Positions 38,873 through 53,753 of a stretch of DNA of 64,000 bases are shown piece after piece. The notes beneath the pieces were generated by a model. That model saw only the letters and a program-made list of their open reading frames with translations, made no database searches and was not told where the DNA came from. Both the position numbers and the translations under genes were made by a program. Source of the stretch: Bispira polyomma. Its lineage: Eukaryota. Every line of letters starts with the position of its first letter. Within the stretch, counting starts at the first letter, position 1. The stretch spans positions 64,666,001-64,730,000 of the forward strand of contig OZ287756.1 in assembly GCA_965649765.1 (NCBI GenBank). Reading direction: 5' to 3'.

Positions 38873-41089
38873 AGGATGAGACCTACTTTTGCTAGAGGTG
38901 CTATCAGACTCCAAACCTACACACAAACTAGAATATAATTCAGAGGAGCACGAACCTATGGCAAGGTGCTTACATGAAACAATGGTTTTTAGATCAACCA
39001 TTAAACCAGGATATGCTCTGAGGTTTCTTGGCCATGGCACATTCCTCTTTCCAAATTGATGATGTAAATTTAGTTAACAGTGTGTAATCCTGGTATCAAA
39101 CCAGCCGACTAAAAGACTTTAGGAATAAAATACACAACCTCATTGACTTAACCCTTAATATACACATCTAATATTACAGTGCTGTTGACTGCTGAGAAAC
39201 TAGGAATTTGGATGAAATAACAGGAACCTTTCGGATTTGATGTGTTTTGGAAGAGTTTTGTCTTACACCTCTGTATAAGGTAATTCTAACAATGTCTAGT
39301 ATTAAAAGCTCTGATATTTAATTGTTTTCCCCCCAAAAAAATTAAAGCACATGTTTGTTAAAATCATCTGTGTGTCAGGTGATGATGTATTCTAATGCAA
39401 TTTTAGGGTTTAGTTTTGCTCTGCGGGTGACAGCGGTTACCATGAGCCAAACTTCTTCACAAATTTGACAAAAAGCCACAAAACGGTGACAGAACACTCA
39501 AGTCCAGTGACACATATGATTTAGATTATTTTTCCACTTCAACATTCAGTTCACACTTTCAGCAGCTGATGTTTGTCAGGTACTTGTCATAGCTCAGTGG
39601 TGTACAGTATCTGGGTACTGGATCTGAATGGTATGCACAATGGACAGAGCGGTTACCATAAGAAATACTTTACAAATATGACGCGGCATCTATAACATGA
39701 ATAGTATTATGGTCCATGGTTGTGTATTTGATCAGTCTAATAACTGTACACAATAATATAACTTATGGCCAACCTTAGACTGAGTATTCTGCTGTCAATG
39801 ACGGCTTTTTAAACTGATGGATATTCGATTGGTGACAGACCTGCTACCATAAGCAAAAAGTTGTAAATAAAAATTGGCATATATAGTTTAGAATCTGGTT
39901 AAAATAAATACATGCCCTCATTTATTATATATGATATTATAGCTGATTTTATGTTATTTTATGCCAACATGGTACATATCAATTAATATAACATAAAACA
40001 TACAACCACAAACATTGGCACAACTCTTTTTGGACGCTTTTGTAGCAGTTTGTCTTTTTTTGTGATTCAGCCGTCAAAATAACAGCAAGGAATGTCGCTA
40101 AATAGGGACAGATTATTTGGCCTAGGCTAACCTATGAGGACTATTTTACATAAATATCAGTATTTAAAACAATTTTTGGTATATTTCCTGTTGTAAAGTA
40201 TATCGTAAACTGCCATATCAGATTTGCAAGGTTTCGCTTATGTCGCTAATAGCAGCACATCAATATAAACACAGCTGTTTCGGTGACATAGAACTCGGCC
40301 TACTATTAAAGTAACTTAGCATGGTTACTTATAAATATAATTCACTTTTCACTACCAGTGGCACTTTCTCTACCTGCGGTATCTTGGTCGCTATCTTTGA
40401 TTGAATGCCACTTGTATCGGGAAATGCCATCATAAATGTATGCTGGTTGGTTGGCCTTTATAAAATTATTGTTAACTGGGATATCCAGAAATTTAAAACT
40501 ATGTAGTTTGTTTGTTTGTTTTTTGTCTAGAAGTATATCTTTCTAATTAAAATAAAACACTTGTACATTTACAGAAACCCTAGTCATATCCTGATAATTC
40601 TGAAAGAAGCTAAACATTTAAAAAAAAATAATTAAAGAATCCAGGCCATGTATAGGTGATAATACGAGGTAGGTATGGAGGTGTAATTACAAGTACAGTT
40701 ATTAAATGTAAGGAATCTTATTTTTTATCCAATAATAAAAGTGCAATTTCTTTTGGGAAGGAAAAAAAGACCAAAAAAAAAACCGAATAAATAAGCATGA
40801 ATATATAGTTCATGTGAATATAAAAAGGGGGAAAAAAATCAGCAGTCAGTAATATTTCACCAAGGTATGGCCACATTAAGGTGACGGTTAGGGGTAATCA
40901 GTAAGATGACCAGTGTCAATAACAGTCACACCAGCTATTGTCTTCTGAGAAATTAAAGCTTAAACTGCCACAGATTTAATGAGATCAAGTATCACGAGAA
41001 CAAGATACTCTCATTACACAGACACTTGATGGTATATCGTAGACATCGCAGACTTTTTCTGTGTTTTTGAATTAAATCTAAACTGACTT

Positions 41090-41342
41090 GTTTACTTTAA
41101 CTGATTACTAACAATATGGTTAATGTTAATGTTTTACTACTAGAGTGCCACAAATGATGGCCAGGCATCATCCCCTGTGGCACGCACCCAAATCAGTAGG
41201 CCAGAGGACAGTCTGGTAGAGGAAAAAATTCGTAATCAAATTTCAGTTGTGACCAGGGGACGAAAGTTAAGGCGATCAAATTGATGCATATGTCTTTTGA
41301 GTTTTTTCCTGAAGCCTGTAATCCTTGTCTCAGTACGCAGAC
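41090..41342 (-). mobile_element. CR1/L2-clade LINE 3' fragment (family of 20880)
   Basis: SLRTETRITGFRKKLKRHM followed by 3' UTR and a short-repeat tail. Confidence 0.6.
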
Positions 41343-41854
41343 TATTATTATGAATTTTTAACGTGCTTTATTGATGCTAGGCATCTTCTAAAGTGCAACA
41401 GCAGAATCATTGATCCAATCGTAATGTCCATGGGCATAGCCAGGTCATAAGGAAAGATATGGGGCATGCACCCGGAAAACTAAGTTGGGAAGGCAAGGTT
41501 AAAAATATAGGTTTTAAACTTTTTCCTAAAACCGATGAGTGTATCAACTGATCTGAGGTCAACTGGGAGAGTGTTCCATAACAAGGGAGCTGCAATGGAT
41601 AAAGCTCTGGATTCCGCCTCCCTGATGGGTCTGACCGAAATGACAGAGAGTCTGTTTCCTCTCTTACAGTTACTAAAAGAAAGAAGAGCAGCAAGGTAGA
41701 AGGGCTGTTGAGTGACTACAGCCTTAAAAATAGTAAAGTAAATTTTGATCAAAATTCGATAGTGAATGGGCAGCCAATATATTTTTCTGAGGTAAGGAGA
41801 GAGGGACACTTTTCCATTCATCAGGTGTTGCAACTTTGAATGAATTTGAACCAA
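41343..41854 (-). mobile_element. L2-like LINE 3' fragment
   Basis: LRKIYWLPIHYRILIKI..RALSIAAPLLWNTLPVDLR..GFRKKFKTYIF; tail gatgcctagcatcaataa. Confidence 0.85.
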
Positions 41855-42721
41855 AATGATGGTTAGCTGTTTCTTCAGAAATAAGTTGGTCAGAAGAGGG
41901 ATTATGATTTGTGCTACTTTATGTATGTAGTCAGAGAGAGTGTATCATTTGAGGAACAACAGACTGGAGTTTAGTGCTAATATAGGTAAAATATAGTATT
42001 ACACATGCTTCTTCTGGTACATTTTAAGCAAACAATTTTAATATTTATAATAGCAGTAGTCCGAGTGTCACATTATAAAGGCTTTAGGACATTGGTACTT
42101 CTCCTTACACTTCAGGTTTCCCCTATAGTAAATGTCATATGTTTTTAATAATCATTTAGAACCTGTAATGCAATTTTGCTATAACTTACTCAAAAGTAGA
42201 AACATTTTTGGGGTGCATATCTAATTTTATAGAGCCAAAATGAAGACCATAAACCACTTGGGTGTGAAGTGGTTTAAAGGTTTACTTGTGCATAAATGAA
42301 ATTTACCTGAATTTTCTTCTTTTCAACCTTCAGTTTATCAAATGACAGAACCAATAGTTTTTGATGGACAAAGAGGTCAGCACTGACCTATAAACTGGCC
42401 AATCAGGGGCGAACAGGAATATTTCTGTGAAACATTTACCACACTGTGCAACCAGCCCGTGTAAGTTTCGAGAATCTTAGAATGTGTCCGTGTAGTTACA
42501 ATCGAGGTTGAGATCCTTGCAAATATGTTCCATTGTAGTATAACTAGAGCACTTACGATTTGATGACAATTCTACAAACTGTATCAAATTGTGCTGTCTC
42601 TACATACATACCCCCATCACATCAAAGGTGAATCACAAACGTGGTCACAACCACTACCTATATTTTCAATATTAAAATAAACTTTTGAATGTATATACTG
42701 TCAAAAAAAAACATTACCTGA

Positions 42722-42862
42722 AAGTGCAGACAGGTGCTTGCCGTAGGCCGGTAGTTTACAGTGTTTCAGCACTGGTTTCCTCCATCACTCAATCTTACCT
42801 TTACAATATAAACCAAGCTGTTGAAAGTAACGCATAACAAACAATAAAATTCAAATTCAAAT
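42722..42862 (+). mobile_element. 3' half of a V-SINE-like element
   Basis: cactggtttcctcca..aatataa..gttgaaagt..(caaatt)n tail; similar piece near 59740-59810. Confidence 0.5.
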
Positions 42863-43607
42863 CCCAACACTCAAAATGGCATTTTAATTTGTATGCAGTG
42901 TGGAAATCTACAACCGATGGGGGTCGTTTATTTTTATTTAAAATATATTTGACCAGAGCTAGTTCTTCTTGAAAAATAACCTTGTCGGGGGGGGGGGGGG
43001 GGGGCGGGGGGGGCTGTCATTGTTATAAATGGAGTGTGGGACATGGATACAATGCCAATCTGAGAGTAAAGTGAGACTATGTGCTATAACTCACTCATGT
43101 GCTGACACTTTGGTCAATAGTAAAAGAAGGGAGAGATGAACAGATTTTTTTTTGTTAATTTCAAGGGTAACAGACCAGATTTAGAATAAAGTGAAAAGCA
43201 TATAACTTAACAGCAACACTTCACAAATATACACTATACATATGTATACAGTATAGAATCTCTCTTATCCGAATATGGTAGGAGAGCAAGATTTTGTTTG
43301 GATAATGGAGTGGATGATAGTGTTCATTTAATGGAATATTTGGATAATAGAGGTCTTTATGAATATTACAAATATTTGGAATAATATTTATCATCTCCTT
43401 TATTTAAAAAAAAAGAAACTATATCCTATACAAGATATGTTTTTATATATATTTTACATTTATGGATCTATCTTTGATCCAAAGTACAATGGGAATGTCT
43501 ATACTATGAATGTACTAAAAACGTCTAATCCTCTAATCCTTTTAACAGTCTATGTCAATACAGAATACAGATTAAAGTTTCCATCAAAATATGACTAGGC
43601 ATATCTG

Positions 43608-43830
43608 TCCCTGTGGCTTAGTGGGTAACACACATTTTTTAGAAATACATAGAAATTGGGTTCGATCCCAATATAAAGGTATCCAAGGTACATGCAGACA
43701 CATAGTGCGGCTTAGATGACCACTTAGACTAGGCGTCTTGTGCCATCAGGTCCTACCTGCTATGCAAAAACTATCCGGCTCACAAAACCTTGGGGACGAT
43801 AAATAAAACATGTCATCCTCAAGCCTATTG
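43608..43830 (+). mobile_element. Degenerate tRNA-SINE, third family (sibling at 50812-51008)
   Basis: tggcttagtggg..gggttcgatccc; both copies share acatagtg and gtcatcctcaag. Confidence 0.55.
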
Positions 43831-45082
43831 TGTTCAGTTACAGGAAAAATGGCAGTTACTGGTGTTTTTACTTGGACAGACAACAGAAAAGGTTAATTAG
43901 TGCTTTACATACTAGAGACAAAGGAAGATAAATCTACTAAATAGCACAAATATGGGAACGATTGTCCACAATTCACTGGACAGGACTGAACAGCCATTTT
44001 GGATTAGGCGTACATATGGCGACATGACATTGAAAAAACCTATAGGATATAATACTTAAAAGCCCCTAATACTGTGATGGTAGAAAGAAATTACTTTCAG
44101 AAATGAGCCTAAAATATGATGAATATACAAAGAGAATTACTGATGAAGAGCATAAACCTTTTTTCTTAAAAGAAAAAAAAGAAAGTGCTACAAAATTGCT
44201 ATTTGCAATTTTACTCCCACATACAGTTAAAATGAGTGTGTCAGTGGCTATGAAGAAAACTGCTCCTCTGGGGTCAACAACAAACTACTCTAACAGTCCT
44301 CTGCAGGAGACCATTATGGCTTATATTCTCACAGGACCAGGCAGTGAATATTGCAAGCTAGTCTTTTACATCAGTTTGCAAACTTTTCTGCCCGTTTTTG
44401 TGCGTGAAAAAAAGAACGACTATACTCATTATCGCCCGGATGTGGCAACTAAGTGCATGGCGTCTGTGCGTTGTATTTGTCATAGTAGGATAGGAACTGA
44501 CAGTGGAACAGAGAGAATGAAAGGAAGAGAGAGAAAGGGTATATATACTCTAAGTGGATTTTGAGCCACTAGTAAAAATTGCAATAAATAGCAACTGACA
44601 ACTGAAAGCAAGAATAAGTTGGTATATAGGGCTATATTGGCTGTACATGTTAATACTGTCTTTACTTAAAGCAGAAAAAAGTCGTTCAGTTGAGAGAGAT
44701 GTAAATGTTTATTTAATTGAACAAAAAACCCCAGAAACCAACAGGAGGCACAAAACATGAGTAAGATTGACACTTGTCCTTACGCAATAAACATCATATA
44801 AGTAAAAAAAATATATATAAGAAGACACCTTTTTAAGTGATCACCTAACAATGCTTAACAAATAAGTAAGTACTGAACTAAAATGGTGAGAAAAAAGAGT
44901 TGTCCTTAGTGATATTTAACAACCACACAACAGCAGTAGCTTGAGATAAGCAGTGTATGGTTCAGTGCCCTACCAGTTGACCTTGAGTATTATTTGGTGT
45001 TTGAAAAGTCAATACAAAGAGGTAGAGTGGGGAGATTAGTATTAATGGCTATAATATTCACTTATTTAAATTCTGAGTTGAG

Positions 45083-45260
45083 GGGCCGCCTTACCATGAA
45101 TTTAAAGTTGATGAATTAAGGTTACCTTAAAACCAGTTTTCAATTTGAGATTTGGAATTTGAGAATAAGGATAGCCTTAACTCTGGATGTTAGAGCTACC
45201 TTAAATTTAGATTAAGTTTTAAGTTTTGGGTAACCTTAAATTTTGGTAAGGTTACACTGG
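45083..45260. mobile_element. Short palindromic MITE
   Basis: ccttaccatgaatttaaagtt and aaccttaaattttggtaagg inverted ends; internal ttaagg/ccttaa repeats. Confidence 0.5.
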
Positions 45261-45959
45261 AGAGTTTATAAAGGGGTATGTAATAAGGTGATGCTTAAAA
45301 GGGATAGTGCTAAGGTGGCCCAAGATAATTATATATTTAAGACATTCTAAAGTATGTATGATCTTTTATTGGGGCTAAATGTCAATAACGACCTAAAGCC
45401 CATAATTAAGTATTCTTGTATTAGACGAGGAGTGTAATAGTACATATTACACCAATGTGCCCACCAGTGGGTACTTGATCCATTTGTAAGCCTTGTGGAA
45501 GGGCTAGAAAACAACAGAATAGCCATTCCTCAGTCAACTGGAGACACAAATCACTTGGAGCAACATTAAAATGTCACATGAACAACTACATTACAAATTT
45601 TTATATAAAAAAAACTGACTCAACACTCTGGGGTTTAAAGAATGTGTCTGTAGTAATTGCAATCTATTGCTGAACCTTGGGGAGGGTGGCCATTCATTCT
45701 AACACAAAAACAATCAAATCTAACAACTACTCTCCATTTTGGGGGACGCAGCATTTTTGATATCAATTTGAGTATCAGGCATTTTTGTATATACTTCCTT
45801 TTTATGGTGGTCGTGGGATTTCCATAAGCACGTCTTAAGCATCAAATATTCAACAAACTATGCTCAAGGGTTAATAATCATAATAAATGCAAAGAACAGA
45901 AGGTTTTAGATAGATAGGCAACAAAGATAATTGAAAGGCAAATAATAAGCTTTAGGGAA

Positions 45960-46222
45960 CTTAGTAGGGAACATATCTCCGCCAAAGATGATGCTACATT
46001 GCCAACAAAAAACATTTCTATAAAAACATGCATTTCTTCTATCTACCTTGACCTGCCTCCAAAAGGTGATTGATTCTTCGTTGGTCCAGACCAACATCCT
46101 TCCACCAAATTGCATGTCTAATAATTTTGTAGTCTGTTTGTGTCTATAATCTTGGTGACAAACAATCAAACTAACAGACATGGGTAAACAGAACATAGCC
46201 TCAGTGACAGATGTGAAATGGT
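45960..46222 (-). mobile_element. Non-autonomous HINE/DINE-like (Helentron-type) interspersed element
   Basis: Similar to 52050-52290 (opposite strand) and 53870-54092; GTTT-like microsatellite near the 5' end. Class assignment is tentative. Confidence 0.4.
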
Positions 46223-49200
46223 TAAATATATATATGTCCTATAATTCTACCGTTTTGGGTCGAGGTGTTACTTTTACTGGTATTATCATGACGTCACAAC
46301 TCTGTCCACAAAATTTAAGCTGGGATTCACCCATCCATATATTGGACAAAATGGTTCTGTAAAATTTTTATTTAAAAAACACATCATATCATTTTCCTGA
46401 TGTATGCTATATCAATTGATGCAATCATATTTATTTATTTTTTGCTGGACATAACTCATTATTTACAAATTTAATCACAATTTATTCATCAGTTTGTCCT
46501 GTGTCATTTTGACAACCATCAAAGAAGATAACACCACTTTTGTACAATCCTGCATTTGGATGTAGGTATACATGTGTTTGAATGCAATTCTTTTCGACAC
46601 TCTTCCTATAAAATCTGATTCCGAACAATAACAAACGAATTGTTTAGAACGTGTCCACACCCAAATTGTTTGTTTTGCTTCTTTTCTGAACTTTCTCGCA
46701 CACAGTGGGGAGGGTGGAGTTAATAATTCAGTAGCTATTACACCCAATAGTGTTATATTTTTGGGCTAGCACACAAACTCTGTATTTTACCAGCCTTCAT
46801 GGGGATACATAATATATATGTTTTATCTGATTTGTCACCACAAAGTAGACAGCCAAGCTGGCTCTGGAGTGTGTCCCTGGCCTTGCATAAGGCTTGAAAT
46901 TATTCCTTTAACATTATTAATAATAATGAGGACAACAAAACTTTTACCAAAATGTATGCTTGAATATTAACATAATTTTGAATATTATTATATCAAAAAT
47001 GTTTTTAGTGCTTGTTATCATTGATGATAGACAGAAGGAAGTCGTCATTAATGGTTCCACCGATAAGAGTAAATAGGCTATGGGGGAAATGCATCATTGA
47101 ACAGAGAGCTCTTTAAACAAAGCCGAATGAAATACAAGGATGGAGCTGTTCTAATGTGTTGAGGTAATCTATTCTATAGAGTAGGTGAAACTTTGATCTG
47201 TATATTTTGGACTTACATCTTGGAACAAAAAGAAATATATTTTGGAGAGCAGCTATCTTGTCATTCACATTACACTTGATGTCATTTTCGTGGTGTTACA
47301 AACTATCATTGTGAATTTAAATTTATTTGCATCTGTTACATTTACCATTTTTCCGGGCATATTGTCATGGCCACATTTATAGGTGAAAAGAAAACAAGAA
47401 CCAAATTGTGCTAAAAACCACCGAATTATGACAAGTAAACTCTCCAACATGAAGCAAGTATAGTGGGTGTCGGAACTCCCTATGTACAAATGTGAGAGGT
47501 GTATATGATATCTATATGATATATTGTTCTGTCTGGTCTGTAAAATGTATCTGGACAAGTTTCAGTGGGTATATTTTTTTTCTAGATGGAGCAGCCAATT
47601 CAATAGGTGGAAAGACAAGTTACTGTATCATCTTCTGCTACTTTCTTGTTCTGCATACCATACCACATGATATGTGAACAGATAGCATAACAGTACAATA
47701 ACCCTCTTTCCTGCACATCCCATTATATTCTGAAATTAGGCATATTCTGATAAAACTTTAGCCCTACACCAGGCTAGTTCAGTTTTGTGTTTCTTGCTGA
47801 TGAAGATGTGTGACAGTGGTAAAGAGCCAGATTGGTTACAGGGGTGGTGGGGGGGGGGGGTATTAAAGGGGAGAGGGGGTGTTCTGGAACCAAACTAGTC
47901 TCTGGAAGGACTCTCCAGATGGGATGATTATATTACTGCAGCCAATTGAAGAATAAATAACAGACCACTTGCAAAAAACAGATTTCCTCATACTCCCCTC
48001 CCTCACCCACTAACTAACAAGGGTGATGTATGTATATATCTAGCATTTTGGAACCAACTAAACTAAACAGATGTAGTTTGGAACTTAAACTGTGGACAAT
48101 TTTTAGTAATAGAATCTACCTTAATTAAGTGTGATGCTAAACAGGGGGGTGAGTTGGGGGTTTATCTGATACAGTGACAGGTCTTGTCACTTAAAATACA
48201 GTGGTATGACGTCATCCTATTATTTCTCTAAGTGTAGAAGTAGTACCACAGAATTGATATTCAGTGATGTCGGGGTTTTTTTAGTCACACCAAATATTCT
48301 GTGTCAATAAAGCGGTGATTGTTATTTACTGATGTTCTTAAAATGGTAGAACTGCACAATGGCCATTAAGATTAGGCTTATTTATAGGAAAAAAAACACC
48401 AGTAAAACATATTAATTCTTAGTTATAACTATAATTCATCATATACACCAGCAAAATTTCAAATCATCATTTTTATGGATATAGGAAAAATAATTGTGTT
48501 TTTAGTCACCAAAAATATTTTCCACCATCTTACTATGTCTATGAATCTATTGTCATTTCTGTCCTTTTTTTCGCAGAACAAGCTGAAACAAGTAAAATAT
48601 GGTCTTGTATGGTCTTATATACATGGCCACCTAGTTGTAAAAAAAAATGTAAAAATGCTGGGGTTTTTTTGGAAAGTTTTTTCGCCACTACATAGAAAAT
48701 GACACAGATATTGGGTTTTCACTTGATTGAAAATAGAGTATTTATTTGTGTTTGAAACATTCCACTTATAAAATATATAGTACCATCCTATCGTTTAGGC
48801 TTTTCCCCTTCATAATTCATATATATTGTTAAACATAACAAAGCACAGTTTTTCTGTTTGTGGAGTTTTTTTTTCACAGATTGATTTTGTCACACAAATC
48901 AAGTACTGGGTGTTGTGATGGTTTATTAGTGTTTCTATTTATTATATTTAAGACTAATAATAACAGTCAGGGACTGGGAAAATAAAAATGAAAGAAAATA
49001 ATAGAGATCTCCCACTGGGGGGTGACAATAATGCAGGCCCACCCAAACTCAATAGTTGTGGGAGGGAGGGAGGTGATTTTATTGCAGGGAAATAGATCTC
49101 ATCATGGCTTAATGATGAAGCCTAACAACAAGTGTTGGGTGATAAATCATCTATAATCATGTGTATAGTCACAAAATGGTCTACAAAAGATTGCTCTGGT

Positions 49201-49534
49201 GTGGCAGGGGACAGAGGGGGGTGTGTAGGGCGGGGGGGGGGGAGGGTGCAGACTCAAGAGCTTTATAGCCCCTTTGCATTATAAAAGCAGTAATTAATGA
49301 GTCTAGAATTTCCCACTAAAATAGAAATAAAGCTAGTAGGGAGATATTAGCTGTTAATAGTTAATAAACAACAACCCCCCCAAAAAATGTGTCATAATAA
49401 AAAGCTGTGACTTTAATACTCATCCATTCACAAAATAGGGGATTTCTATGGAATCATTTTTTATTAGAACCCAAAAAGTAACGTGGTACTTTTTGCTGAT
49501 TATTTCTTGTATGTGAGGTTTTTCAGTGCAATAG

Positions 49535-50775
49535 TATTTATACTTCTATTTACTAAAGGTTATTTAGTACAGTAGTATCCACATTTATATTATCAGACGG
49601 TTATCTACTACAGTAGTACTCATATTTATATTAATAAAAGGTTATCGAGTATAGTAGTATCAATATTTCTATTATTAGAAGGTTATCTGGTGTTTCAGTG
49701 TTCATACTTCTATTAACTAAATGTCATCAAGTACAGTAGTACCAATATTTCTATTATTAGAAGGTTATCTAGTGTTTCAGTAGTCATACTTCTATTAATT
49801 AAAGGTTATCTAGTACAGTAGTATCCATATTTATATTATCAAAATGATATCTACTACAGTAGTACTCATATTTATATTAATAAAAGGTTATCGAGTACAG
49901 TAGTACCAATATTTCTATTATCAGAAGGTTATCTAGTGCTTTAGTGTTCATCCCTCTATTAACTAAATGTCATCAAGTACAGTAGTACCAATATTTCTAT
50001 TATTAGAAGGTTATCTAGTGTTTCAGTAGTCATACTTCTATTAATTAAAGGTTATCTAGTACAGTAGTATCCATATTTATATTATCAAAATGATATCTAC
50101 TACAGTAGTACTCATATTTATATTAATAAAAGGTTATCGAGTACAGTAGTACCAATATTTCTATTATCAGAAGGTTATCTAGTGCTTTAGTGTTCATCCC
50201 TCTATTAACTAAATGTTATCTAGTACAGTAGTATCAATCAGTCTATTGACTAGAATTTGTTTAGAACCGTAGTATCAATATATCAGTTAACTAAAGGTAT
50301 TCTAGTAATGAAATATGTATATTCCGAAAATTAACTAAACTTCATTAACTAAAGGTTATCTAGTACAGTATTATTCATAATCATATTTACTAAAGGTGGT
50401 TTAGTAAGTAGCATCCATATTTCTATTAACTAAAAGTAATCTAGTTTAGTAGTGTCCATATTTACAGGGGTGGACAGCTTAGCGGATGGGACATAGATAG
50501 CAGACTGTAACTTAAAACATGAAATTTGTTGCATTTAAGAAGCCATCTGTAAAATATAAAGTATTTACCCCACTAATTTCATTGTAAATACAGACTTTGC
50601 CTCTAAAATGGGTTAGATTACTTGTTAAATGGATTAACTGTAATCTAGTTCAGTAGTATCCATATTTCTATTACATAAAGGTTATCTAGTGCATTAGTAT
50701 CCATATGTATATTAACTAAAGGTTTTCTAGTTCAGTAGTATCCATATTTATATTAACTAAAGGTTATGTAGTTCA
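49535..50775. repeat. 41-bp satellite with a 246-bp (6-mer) higher-order repeat, interrupted at ~50465-50630
   Basis: Monomer ~aaggttatctagtacagtagtatccatatttatattaacta; blocks at 49741 and 49987 are nearly identical. Confidence 0.9.
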
Positions 50776-51142
50776 AATGATTGCTGTCCCAACACATTTG
50801 GATAATATATCTACCAAAGTGGCCTTGGCGATAACACACTCGCTTATGAACATATAGGACATGGGTTTGATCCTGGTCTGGGACGACCACATACATAGTG
50901 ACCTAAGTGACTGCTTTAAAAGGTGATCCTCTGTTATCGGGTGCTATCCCCTGAAGACAGGTTAATGAATATGGGTGACATTGATCAATGGTCATCCTCA
51001 AGTCTCTCTTGTCAGTTAAGGGAATAAGAGTTACGAGTGCTGGCTGGCTGTACCTGGGCAGCCCAAAAATATAGGCAAACTAGTACTGGAACTTTGAATA
51101 CCAGATAAAACCAGTAATAATAAGAGGCTTTACTGTAATGTA

Positions 51143-51356
51143 CACAGGCGGTCATAATAGTGTCCGGGTCACAATATTGTTCAAAGCAGATTTCAAAGTA
51201 TAAGACGTACATTTCTCAAAAAATAAGAAAAGAGTATTGTGTAATTTAATTGATAGGCATTAAGTAGAATGTGTTTTCAATATTAATTTTCGTCAGTAAG
51301 TTTTTAAAAATGCAACGGACACAATTATGACCCGGACACTATTGTGACCGCCTGTG
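51143..51356. mobile_element. Tc1/mariner-type MITE
   Basis: ~33-bp TIR cacaggcggtcataatagtgtccgggtcacaat and attatgacccggacactattgtgaccgcctgtg; TA TSD on both sides. Confidence 0.9.
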
Positions 51357-52049
51357 TAGTGTAATGTATAAAATAAATACATATACTGGTAACACTGCTT
51401 ATATATATTACTATAGAAAGTTTTTTTTTTTTTACATTTCATAAAATTATTTGCTGATATAAAGGAAACACAGTTTCTATTTTCAAAGAAATCCCCTGTT
51501 TTTTTTCTTCAATAGGGAAGAGTTAATTAGTGCATGTGCTAATGCTTTTGATCCTATGTCAATTAAGCAATAACCCCCCTGATCAATCGGTAAAGCGTGA
51601 GTATCACACAGCATTGATTCAGAAAGCACGATGCTGGTTTTCTCCCAAATCACAACTGGCCCTCAGGGTTACTATTTAATGATACTCCCTCTCTGTATAG
51701 ATGGAAACCAGTATGAATGACCACTCTGACCAGGGAAATGTCCCTCAAGAATTAACCGCCAAAGCATTTAGGGGGAGGGCTAAATTGGATTTGTGGATAA
51801 TGAGTGGATATCTGGATTGACTTACAGAGATAGGCACTTGGAAACAAGTAAACGGTCGGATGAAAATGGAGTTTCCTTAATGAGTACTGCTCATGTATAA
51901 CTGTTATCTCATTGCATTTGCAACTGTCCATTAATCTAAATGTATGCAGAACCAGAAACAGTAGAATATTAGCTTGATACATATCCTATGAGTATAGAAG
52001 GTGATGGCTTGCTCCACACATTGTCAAAAGCCCGAAACTCGTTGTCTTT

Positions 52050-52290
52050 ATTATAACCTCTATTAGGAGGATTATGTTTTCATCTGTGCATGTTTGTTTG
52101 TTTATCGCGAAGAATAAAACAGAAAATTTAAACCTACTTACATGAAACTTGGGTGAGATGGGATTAGACATAGACAAAACAAGAATCAGTTGCATGTTAT
52201 AGTAGATCCGGGTAGAAGGGTGGATCGAGGAATGATTTTCATTTTTTGGTACCATTGGCGTGGGTATGCACTCACGGTGTTTAAGCGTTA
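52050..52290 (+). mobile_element. HINE/DINE-like element (family of 45960)
   Basis: ataacctctattagggaggattatgtttt..gtttgtttgttt..catgaaacttgg..ttggcgtgggtatgcactc. Confidence 0.4.
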
Positions 52291-53544
52291 AAATTAAAAC
52301 AAAAATTTGAGTCACTTCTACATATTTAAGTCAAAAAATTTATGCTATAGTAAGGCAATCACACAATTAATCTGAACACCAGTCATCTTACACTGAACCA
52401 GTGTAGCTTTTTTTTTTTTTGGCTTTAAATATCACTTTTAACATATTTGTGCTGTGTCACGATGGACATTTTATTTGCTATAGATTAGAACTTTAAACCG
52501 CCGGACGGCCTTCAGCAAGTCTCCTGGAAATTGTGGTTAACATGCATGTCAGGACTGAGATTTAAACCCTTGACTTTAGAGGTGGAAGTGGCACCGTGAG
52601 TATTATACCCCCATACAACACTGAGGCCTCAATGAACCAGTTTGTAGGAGAGTAACCTTCAAGACAACAAGGATAGCACACGTGGCATAACAGATACCAA
52701 GAACACAGGCAAAGGTTCACCAGAAATTTGCAAAATGAGGAGGCATTCACTGGCCAATTACTTTGCAAAATGAGGAGGCAGTTACTGAGCAATTAGTTGT
52801 TTCTCTGAGGGGGCATTGGGTTCTATTTGGAATTGATATGTCTGTTTGCTGCACATAAGTAAATAATATCAAAGCTTTTGTTGTGAGTAATCTATCAATG
52901 TTGACAGGTATATTTGGGGGGATGATGGGGTGGCCTAGGTTTTGCAAGTAGGTGTTATAGGTACAGAGCATTAAGTAGTTTTAGAAAGTAAGACATAGCT
53001 TCACCTTAACTAAAACAAAAGTTAACAACAATTTGTTTTATTGATAAGCATCAACTACATCACAGTATCCAATTGATAAAATAGGCAAAATAAGATGGTA
53101 TTTTCAGCTATAACATGTGAAGGTATATACATTATATATAAAAATATCACAAAATATGAATATATGTCTTTGTGTGATTTCAATCTCAGCAAGATGAACA
53201 ATGATTAATCTTTTTACTCACAAGGAAAATATCATTAGCCTTCAGATAACATTCTTACAATAATAGGCTGGACACAGTATCAATACATTAATTACAAGGT
53301 CATATATACATATCATGGGATCTAAGCATCATTCATAGGCATTTCTCAAGGCAGCAACCACTCACAGACAAATATCGCTGAAGCAGGTTTCACATGTATG
53401 CGTCTGTTAAGTGCTGTGAAGACAGATCGAACAACTATATAATAATTACATATTGTGAGGTCACTTGGTTAGGAAATTGTAGTTCTTAAATTGTATAGTT
53501 CCTGAGTTTGTTTGTGTACATACTATATCTCTGTTTGTTTCAAT

Positions 53545-53753
53545 TTGAATTTAGTTAGATTTGATGTCGCTCTCAACATCTATGGTCTTTAAGGGTGGAA
53601 GAAAAACTATCATCGCTGATGCGACATGAAGCATAAACCTATGTCAAGTACCTGAGACACAAGTTCACACGTGTAGGGAACTAACAGTCTTTGAATCCAC
53701 ATTGGTGAGAGGCCAGTAATTGTAAAGCTAACCACTAGGCCACAGCTGAGCCT
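53545..53753 (-). mobile_element. Degenerate tRNA-SINE related to the 1221/30582 family
   Basis: Reverse complement reads gtggcctagtggttagc..aattactggcctctcacc..caaatt tail. Confidence 0.65.

Noticed and set aside
44103-44564. 153-aa ORF
   Set aside because: No recognisable domain, heterogeneous composition, no splice support; probably a chance ORF.
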